From Candidatus Oleincola secundus (GTDB taxonomy: Bacteria > Atribacterota > Phoenicimicrobiia > Phoenicimicrobiales > Stramentimicrobiaceae), in assembly GCA_018400815.1 (NCBI GenBank), contig JAGYLS010000059.1:1-10872 (forward strand): a stretch of DNA of 10,872 nt, read 5' to 3'. Position 1 is the first letter of the stretch. Each line of letters starts with the position of its first letter. A model generated the notes under the pieces. That model was not told the origin of the DNA, ran no database searches, and saw only the letters and a program-made list of their open reading frames with translations. Positions 1 to 6,727 of this stretch are shown piece after piece. The translations under genes and the position numbers were made by a program.

Positions 1-6
1 AAATTT

Positions 7-2301
7 ATGAATTGCTACTATCATATAAAAAAATTAATATTAATATTTTTTCTGATTATATTTTTTACTTCTTTATCACTTATACCAGCATTAGCTCAAC
101 AATTGGATGAAAAAAAAGAAAAACAGCTAAAAATTTTCCAGCTTTCACATTTATTAGAAGAGGAAAATAAATTTCCCCATCAGAATGCTTATTTCAATAA
201 TGCATTAGCATACTTTAATCATGAACATTTTGCTATGGCTATTAAAGAATTGGAAAAAATAGAATACAATAATTTATATATTCCCCTTTATCTGAAAAGC
301 CAACTATTAAAAGGACAATGTTATGAAAAGCTGCAAAGGTGGGACTCCTCTCTTTATATCTACCAGAATCTTAAAGAGAATATTCCTTTGATGCAGGATT
401 ATTCCGCCTACCTTTTGAGCAAAGCCTATCTTGGCATGAGTGATATAAGGAATGCCCTGAAATCATTTCAAATGATAGTTAAAGAATATCCAAATAGCGT
501 ATTAGTACCGCTGGCCAGATATCAGATGGCTCAAATCTATTTGGAAGAGGGACAAATGGATTATTTTTTAGAAGAATGCAATATGGCAATTGAGATTGCC
601 AATGAAGAGCAATTCAAGGCAAGGGTTCTTATCAGAGTGAGTGATGTTTTATGGGAAGAGGAGAAATATTTAGATTCTTTGCTATATCTTAAGGATTTAC
701 TCGAGAACCGCTATAACCGGGAACGTATTGCCAGTTACGAAAACTTATATGTAAAGCGCTTTCAGATAGCCAAAGAAAACGAAAAAGTTGAAATGCCAGC
801 CGATTTATCCCTGTTTTGTGCGGGAATATTTTTTAACTATCGGCAATACGAGGTTGCGGAAACATTATATGATGAGGTAATTAAACTTTATCCGGGTCAG
901 GTGGATTTGGCTCAGGTCTACTATAATAAAGCCAGGGCTATCCACTACCAGGGGCAATACGAAAGGGCAATTGAAGAATGCAATTATATTTTAGAAACTT
1001 TCAAAGTTCCGGAAGATATTATTATTAGAACCTTATATCTCTATGCAGGTGCCCTGTTGTCTTCCGGAAACCGTAACAGGGCTGTAGAAAAATATGAGGA
1101 AATCATAGCAAAGTATTCGGAAAGTTACTTTGCTCAATCATCCTATTTACGTTTATCGGAAATTAAATTTTTACAAGACCGGGAAGATGATGGTATTAAT
1201 ATATTAAACCGTTTAATTGCGGAATATCCCCAATCCTCTCAAGCCAGGGAAGCAAGTTGGAACCTGGCTCGTCATTATACTAATAAAGATAGAATTGAGG
1301 ATGCCCTGGAGTATTACAAGATAATTTATGATAGATTTCCTGAAAGCAGCCGGGGTGACGATGCTCTCTATTGGCTCGGAAAATTGCAGTATTCCATTGA
1401 CAAAGAAGAGGGATTTCGATTGTATAGAATCCTTTTAGAAAAATATCCTGATAGTTATTATGCCTTTCATATTCCCAAGGAAGCAAAGAAAGATAATCTT
1501 GATCTTGAAGATATACTATATCATAGTAAAGATATTACAGTTGAACAATTTAAAAATGACTATTTCCCCAAAAATAATCAAGCCCAGCTATCAGCCTACC
1601 AAGCCGAATTGTTAAAAAATATTGGTATTTACCATGAATCTGTTTTGGAAATAATAAATGCTCTCAATCAGGAATCGGGAAATGTTTATCTGATGTATTT
1701 ACTTACCGAAGCTTATCATCAGGGTGCTGAGTATTATAATGCCATTGGATGGGCACAGACATTGTTCAACCATTTCCTTAATATTAATAAAGTAGAGCAG
1801 ATACCTTTTCAGGTTTGGGAATATGTTTTCCCCATCCATTATGCCACTATTATTGATTCATGGGCTTCTGATTATAATCTGGACCCATTTTTAATCTTAT
1901 CCACCATTAGAGAAGAAAGTCATTTTAACGTTTACTCTGAATCCAGGGCTGGTGCTAGAGGATTAATGCAGATTATTCTATCGACAGGAGAGTGGATTGC
2001 CCAAAAAGTTAATTACCAGGACTTTAACGATAATTTACTTTTTGACCCTGATGTAAATATCTACTTTGGATGTTGGTACTTAAATTATTTACAGGAAAAA
2101 TATAGCAATAATTATTATTTGATGATTTCAGGGTACAATGCAGGACCCGGTGTTACCGACCGATGGATTGAGAACTTTGATGTTAGTGATATTGATTCCT
2201 TTGTCGAGAATATTCCCTATCAGGAATCCACAGAACACATTAAAAAGGTAATGCGTTCATATATGATTTATAAAATTATTTATAATAATAAAGAACATTA
2301 A
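7..2301 (+). CDS. Secreted TPR-repeat soluble lytic transglycosylase (Slt/GH23 family)
   Basis: 764-aa ORF with an N-terminal signal peptide (KKLILIFF...PALA|QQ) and many TPR-like helical repeats (e.g. YPNSVLVPLARYQMA, FPESSRGDDALYWLG). The C-terminal SLT domain has the catalytic IREES motif (nt 1906-1920), GARGLMQ and GYNAGPG. The start is at the window edge, so no RBS can be seen. Confidence 0.9.
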   Translation: MNCYYHIKKLILIFFLIIFFTSLSLIPALAQQLDEKKEKQLKIFQLSHLLEEENKFPHQNAYFNNALAYFNHEHFAMAIKELEKIEYNNLYIPLYLKSQLLKGQCYEKLQRWDSSLYIYQNLKENIPLMQDYSAYLLSKAYLGMSDIRNALKSFQMIVKEYPNSVLVPLARYQMAQIYLEEGQMDYFLEECNMAIEIANEEQFKARVLIRVSDVLWEEEKYLDSLLYLKDLLENRYNRERIASYENLYVKRFQIAKENEKVEMPADLSLFCAGIFFNYRQYEVAETLYDEVIKLYPGQVDLAQVYYNKARAIHYQGQYERAIEECNYILETFKVPEDIIIRTLYLYAGALLSSGNRNRAVEKYEEIIAKYSESYFAQSSYLRLSEIKFLQDREDDGINILNRLIAEYPQSSQAREASWNLARHYTNKDRIEDALEYYKIIYDRFPESSRGDDALYWLGKLQYSIDKEEGFRLYRILLEKYPDSYYAFHIPKEAKKDNLDLEDILYHSKDITVEQFKNDYFPKNNQAQLSAYQAELLKNIGIYHESVLEIINALNQESGNVYLMYLLTEAYHQGAEYYNAIGWAQTLFNHFLNINKVEQIPFQVWEYVFPIHYATIIDSWASDYNLDPFLILSTIREESHFNVYSESRAGARGLMQIILSTGEWIAQKVNYQDFNDNLLFDPDVNIYFGCWYLNYLQEKYSNNYYLMISGYNAGPGVTDRWIENFDVSDIDSFVENIPYQESTEHIKKVMRSYMIYKIIYNNKEH

Positions 2302-2403
2302 ATAATATTCAAAATGCTATCTTGAACTATCTTTTTAAAAGGCAGCTTTTGTTTCTCTATAATTAGAAGTTAACTGAATCATATCTCAAGATAGGTAAGA
2401 AAA

Positions 2404-2432
2404 TTGACAAAATCATAAAAAAACAATAAAAT
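2404..2432 (+). promoter_or_regulatory. Sigma70/SigA-type promoter for the HTH gene
   Basis: TTGACA (2404-2409), 17-nt spacer, TAAAAT (2427-2432), about 40 nt upstream of the ATG at 2475. Confidence 0.75.
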
Positions 2433-2474
2433 GTTTTTAAGATTTCATTTTTAATTATGCCAAGGAGGAAAATA

Positions 2475-2660
2475 ATGGAAGAATACCTAACTGCAAAGCA
2501 GGTGGCGGAATATTTACAGGTGAAACCACTAACTATCTATCAATGGGCAAGAGAAGAAAAAATACCGGCAATAAAGATTGGGAGAATCTGGCGTTTTAAG
2601 AAAGATGTCATCGATGCATTTTTAGAAGAACAGCTTCATAGCAAAGATAATAAAGTATAG
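2475..2660 (+). CDS. Small excisionase-family (HTH_17 / MerR-like winged HTH) DNA-binding protein
   Basis: 61 aa: MEEYLTAKQVAEYLQVKPLTIYQWAREEKIPAIKIGRIWRFKKDVIDAFL. This fits the LTxxEVAxYLxVxxxTIYxWxxxGxIPAxKIGxxWRF pattern. The SD AAGGAGG at 2462-2468 favours ATG 2475 over the 2457 start in the ORF track. Confidence 0.9.
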   Translation: MEEYLTAKQVAEYLQVKPLTIYQWAREEKIPAIKIGRIWRFKKDVIDAFLEEQLHSKDNKV

Positions 2661-2756
2661 ATATTTTTACTTAATGATTTTACTAAAAAGATTGAAATGT
2701 GCTAACTAAATATTTTTTAAATTAAGTAATATTAATCTTACAGAAGTTGAATTGCC

Positions 2757-2788
2757 TTGAAAGATTGAAAGATTGAAAGATTGAAAGA
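2757..2788. repeat. Perfect tandem repeat (TTGAAAGA)x4
   Basis: Exact 8-mer copies at 2757, 2765, 2773 and 2781, plus a detached partial copy AAAGATTGAAA at 2687-2697. Confidence 0.95.
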
Positions 2789-2989
2789 ATAGTTTAGTTT
2801 AAAAGATTATAATATATTAAATAAAAAGTAGTTTATTTTACTATTTTGCAAATTTATGATATTATATTGTCCAAAATAAAAAATCGATTAGAATTTTTTG
2901 TTTTTTACCTTACATTTTGATATATCTGTTTCATTTCATTACTCTATATGATAAAGATTATTCCATAATTTAATAGGTGTTATAGAAGA

Positions 2990-4927
2990 ATGAACCATAC
3001 CAAAAGAAATGCTGTTATCTGTACGAATAGGGCCGGATTATTTTTTGTGCTGAGTATTTTTTTTCTAATATTTTTCACATTTAACGTTTTTGCCCAGGAT
3101 TATACAGAGTATAAAATAAAAGAAGGAGATTGTCTCTGGACAATTGCCCGTCAATTCCAACTATCTATACAGGAACTTGCTGAAGTAAATGATATTGATA
3201 AAGAGAAAGTGCTATCCCCGGGTTTATTGATAAAAATTCCCCAAAATCAGTCATCTGATTATACCGAAAATCAGGAAATACCAACCACTGTCCATACTGT
3301 ACAAAAAGGTGAAAGCCTTTGGGATATTGCTCAAAAATATCGCCTGTCTCTAGATAAAATTTCTTCCGTAAATAATCTAAAAAGACCTGATTCATTATAT
3401 ATCGGACAAGAGATTAATATTCCGATAGAAAAAAAGGAAACTGAACAGGAAGAAATGTCTGACCTTTCCTTTGAAGCAGAAAAATCAAGTTTACAGGGAA
3501 TGAGCACCAGTTTAAATCAGGAATTTAGAGAATCAGTAAAAGAAAAAGACTATGCTGTGAAACCCGGCGAAAGTTTATGGAGCATTGCCCAAAATTACCA
3601 GGTATCTTTGAGGGATTTATCGCAATTAAATCATTTAGAAAATGCAGAAAGACTTTCTGTTGGTCAGATTATTAAGATTCCATTGCCTGAAAGGTCAAAA
3701 GATGACACAAATATAAGAGAAGATAATGAAGAGGAAAACAACTATGATTGGGTAGAGCATATTGTAGAACGGGGAGAAAATATTTCAATCATAGCTCAAA
3801 AATATTATGTGCCGATTGAGGAAATCTGTCAACTTAATCAAATTTCTGAACAGGATTATGTTTATCCCGGACAAAGAATCAGAATAAAAACCAGTAAACA
3901 GGTTGCAGATGGATTTGAACCAGCACAAAATGTTATTCCAAAAGATGAAAAGAGTGAAGAAAATAATATTTCTTCTGAGGAAGATTGCCAGCCGGTTCAT
4001 TATACTGTAGCACCAGGGGACACACTATGGAGTATTGCTCAAGATTACAGTGTATCAATGGAAAGTATCCTGGCAGTTAATTATTTAAATAACAAAGATG
4101 TCCTCTCTGTTGGTCAAGAATTGGAAATTCCTGCTATTGGCGGAGCGGGTAAAAATAAAGATAATATTCAAACGGTAGAATATAAAGTAGCAAAAGGTGA
4201 TACACTCTGGAATATTGCCCAGAAATTTGATGTGGGGATGCACGAAATTATTAGCACGAATCAATTGCAAAACATAACCCAGCTTTCTGTCGGGCAGAAA
4301 TTAGATATTCCTGCTAGTGGAGTAGCAGTAGACAAAGAAACAAAAAAAACTACTACGGTAGCACAGGAGGAAAAACCAAAAGATGTAATTCATTATGTCC
4401 AAAAAGGTGAAACACTTTGGGGGATTTCTCGAAAATACCAGGTAAGTGTTCAGTCTATCACAAGTTCTAACAGAATATCTGAAAGCAGCAGACTTATTGT
4501 CGGTCAAAAACTTAGGATACCTAATGTCCGAAATTCGTCAATACCCACTCGTTCCTTTATATGGCCTATTAATGGATTGATTACTTCCCAATTTGGCATG
4601 CGGACTTTAGGAGGTAGACGGGACTATCATACCGGAATTGATATTGATGGTAATACAGGCGATTCTATTAGAGTAGTAGAAAGTGGCAAAGTAAGTTTTA
4701 GTGGTTATATTAATGGATATGGTAATACTGTTATTGTTGAACATGCCGGCGGTTATTCTACTGTTTATGCACATAATTCAAGTAACCTGGTAAGAGAAGG
4801 ACAGAGTGTAAACAAGGGAGATATTATTGCCAGATTAGGTGCTACTGGTAATTCCACTGGTTCTCACCTGCATTTTGAAATAAGAGAAGATGGTAAACCT
4901 GTAAATCCACTAATTTATTTGCCTTAG
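2990..4927 (+). CDS. Secreted LysM-repeat (7x) M23 family metallopeptidase (peptidoglycan endopeptidase)
   Basis: Signal peptide (...FNVFA|QD) and seven LysM repeats (Y/HxVxxGD/ExLWxIAxxYxxxxxxxxxxN...GQxxxIP). The C-terminal M23 domain has intact Zn ligands HTGID (4628-4642) and HLH (4865-4873). Weak SD AGGTG at 2975-2979. Confidence 0.93.
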   Translation: MNHTKRNAVICTNRAGLFFVLSIFFLIFFTFNVFAQDYTEYKIKEGDCLWTIARQFQLSIQELAEVNDIDKEKVLSPGLLIKIPQNQSSDYTENQEIPTTVHTVQKGESLWDIAQKYRLSLDKISSVNNLKRPDSLYIGQEINIPIEKKETEQEEMSDLSFEAEKSSLQGMSTSLNQEFRESVKEKDYAVKPGESLWSIAQNYQVSLRDLSQLNHLENAERLSVGQIIKIPLPERSKDDTNIREDNEEENNYDWVEHIVERGENISIIAQKYYVPIEEICQLNQISEQDYVYPGQRIRIKTSKQVADGFEPAQNVIPKDEKSEENNISSEEDCQPVHYTVAPGDTLWSIAQDYSVSMESILAVNYLNNKDVLSVGQELEIPAIGGAGKNKDNIQTVEYKVAKGDTLWNIAQKFDVGMHEIISTNQLQNITQLSVGQKLDIPASGVAVDKETKKTTTVAQEEKPKDVIHYVQKGETLWGISRKYQVSVQSITSSNRISESSRLIVGQKLRIPNVRNSSIPTRSFIWPINGLITSQFGMRTLGGRRDYHTGIDIDGNTGDSIRVVESGKVSFSGYINGYGNTVIVEHAGGYSTVYAHNSSNLVREGQSVNKGDIIARLGATGNSTGSHLHFEIREDGKPVNPLIYLP

Positions 4928-5052
4928 TATTTTTCCATTTTTTTCTGTTCTTTTCTCTTTAAATCTCTTTAAGACCTCAGGTAAAAAATATTTCAGTTAT
5001 ATCTCTTTATGGTTCATTAGCTCTTTTCATAATGTTATTAAATTATTTGTAT

Positions 5053-5061
5053 TGTTATAAT
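5053..5061 (+). promoter_or_regulatory. Possible extended -10 promoter (upstream carD promoter)
   Basis: TGtTATAAT at 5053-5061 with no recognisable -35. The AT-rich context weakens the match. Confidence 0.4.
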
Positions 5062-5094
5062 AGCTTAAATATATTTTACTATGATTAGGTTAAT

Positions 5095-5123
5095 TTGACT
5101 TAAAGAACAATTCCGGGTATAAT
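5095..5123 (+). promoter_or_regulatory. Sigma70/SigA-type promoter for carD
   Basis: TTGACT (5095-5100), 17-nt spacer, TATAAT (5118-5123). Confidence 0.8.
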
Positions 5124-5209
5124 TATTTTTTAGGTATATAACTTTTGAAATACGATACTAACTGGGGGGATTGAATGTGGAGGTGAAAACGGATTATTAT
5201 TCGTTGCCT

Positions 5210-5692
5210 ATGTTTAAAAAGGGAGACAAAGTTGCCCATCCAATTTTTGGGGTAGGAAACATTGCTAATATAGAAGAAAAACACGTTTTAGATAAAAGCG
5301 AAAAGTATTATATTCTTGATTTAGTCATAAATCAAATGACCCTTATGATTCCTATAAGAAAAGCAAAGGATATTGGTTTACGGAAAATTGTAGGAAAAGA
5401 AAAGATACCTGAAGTATTAGAAGTACTGGGTTGTGAGATGGATGATATGGAACAGGATTACAAATCCAGAATTAAAACTCAGATGGAAATGGTGGATAGT
5501 GGTAACTTAAAAAAAGTTGCTCAAGTAGTCAGGAATTATAATCGTCGAAAAAAGAAAGATACTTTGTCTGCTACTGAAAAAAGCTTATTGGAAAGAGCCA
5601 AAAAGATATTGATCAGTGAAATTAAGGCTGTGTATAATATTGATGAAAATTCGGCAAAAATAATGATTAAGCAATGCCTTAAAAATATGTAA
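5210..5692 (+). CDS. carD: CarD/CdnL family RNA polymerase-binding transcriptional regulator
   Basis: MFKKGDKVAHPIFGVGNIANIEEK...YYILDL...MTLMIP...IGLRKIV matches the CarD RNAP-interacting domain, followed by the helical C-terminal domain (SGNLKKVAQVVR...LSATEKSLLERAKKILISEI). About 160 aa from ATG 5210. The start is uncertain, with in-frame TTG 5171, GTG 5177 and GTG 5183 upstream. Confidence 0.88.
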   Translation: MFKKGDKVAHPIFGVGNIANIEEKHVLDKSEKYYILDLVINQMTLMIPIRKAKDIGLRKIVGKEKIPEVLEVLGCEMDDMEQDYKSRIKTQMEMVDSGNLKKVAQVVRNYNRRKKKDTLSATEKSLLERAKKILISEIKAVYNIDENSAKIMIKQCLKNM

Positions 5693-5854
5693 TGATAGAT
5701 TAAAAATATTAAACACACCCAACTTGCGATGATTATTTATCAGCTATAAAAAAATTTTCTCAAATCTCTATAGTTTGAAGTAAAGTATAGTAGTTTTAGA
5801 AAATTTACTAAATGATTATATTTTTAATAAAATAGAACATTAGGAGGTATTGTT

Positions 5855-6727
5855 GTGAATAAGGGGCTAATATTATTGATGGGAAGGCGATTGCCGCAAC
5901 TATTAAAGATGAACTAATTTTAGATACAGAGCAATTTTTCCAAAATACAAAAATTCAACCCAAACTTTCTGTGATAATTTTAGGACAAGATCCTGCCTCC
6001 TTTTTATGTCCGAATGATTGAAAAACCTGTCAAAAAGTTAATTTTCAATTTGAGAAACATGCCCTGACCCCAGAAATCACCGAAGATGAATTGCTGGAAC
6101 TAATCAAACAACAAAACAATGATAACAAAGTCCATGGTATTATTATCCAGACTCCTCTTCCTAAACATATAAATCAGGAAAAATCCAGAGAGCCCTAAAT
6201 CCCGGGAAGGATGTGGATTGTTTTAACCCTGTAAATATGGGTAATTTAGCTATGGGAAATCCCGTCTTTTACCATGTACACCTAATGCAGTCGTTGAAAT
6301 CCTAAAAAGAGAAAACATTGAAGTAGAAGGTAAACATGTAGTTATTGTAGGAAGAAGCAATATAGTTGGGAAGCCACTGGCTTTAATATTATTATTAAAA
6401 CAACCTAATGCCAATGCAACTGTTACTGTGTGTCATTCCAGAACAACCAACATTTCTTCCTTTACCCAAAAAGCAGATATAATCGTAGCCGCTGCAGGCA
6501 AAGCTGGTCTGATTAAAGGAGATATGGTTGAAAATAATCCGGTAGTAATTGACGTAGGAACTAATGAGGTAGAAGGGAAATTGGTTGGAGATGCTGATTT
6601 TGATGAAGTATCTAAGGTTGTTTCCAAAATTACCCCGGTTCCGGGTGGAGTAGGACCTGTTACGAATATGATGTTAATGAAGAATACCCTTCAAGCCGCT
6701 AAGAATATGACCAAAAAAATTTATTGA
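5855..6727 (+). pseudogene. folD: folD (methylenetetrahydrofolate dehydrogenase/cyclohydrolase family), frameshifted as assembled; probably an intact gene with homopolymer sequencing errors
   Basis: SD AGGAGG at 5842-5847 and GTG at 5855. Joining frames gives ...IIDGKAIA...LGQDPAS..YVRMIEKTC...NNDNKVHGIIIQTPLPKHI...KDVDCFNPVNMG...PCTPNAVVEIL...VVIVGRSNIVGKP...TVTVCHSRT...VIDVG...LVGDADF...ITPVPGGVGPVT. Bases are missing at G4 5863-66 (-1), CC/T5 5999-6005 (-2), A5 6021-25 (-1), A5 6179-83 (-1) and T4 6267-70 (-1). The repaired length is about 292 aa. Confidence 0.9.

Noticed and set aside
2457..2660. Prophage or integrative element implied by the excisionase-like gene; also the ORF-track start at 2457
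   Set aside because: No integrase, phage genes or att-like repeats are visible and the flanks are cell-envelope genes. The strong SD lies inside the 2457 extension, which supports ATG 2475.
2757..2788. CRISPR-related element: the repeat can be read as ATTGAAAG, the 3' octamer of many type I-B/III CRISPR repeats
   Set aside because: The units are directly abutting with no spacers, no full-length repeat is present and there are no cas genes in the window. Most likely coincidence.
5693..5854. THF or ZTP (pfl) riboswitch upstream of folD
   Set aside because: The region is very AT-rich and lacks the conserved G/C-rich motifs and stems of either class.
5863..6270. Programmed ribosomal frameshifting or selenocysteine readthrough (TGA 6019-6021) in folD
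   Set aside because: Five separate shifts would be needed. The TGA arises only in the wrong frame, because the conserved YV...C motif is in another frame.
6428..6727. 99-aa ORF as an independent gene
   Set aside because: It is the C-terminal third of FolD, and the same frame is FolD-like back to about 6269.
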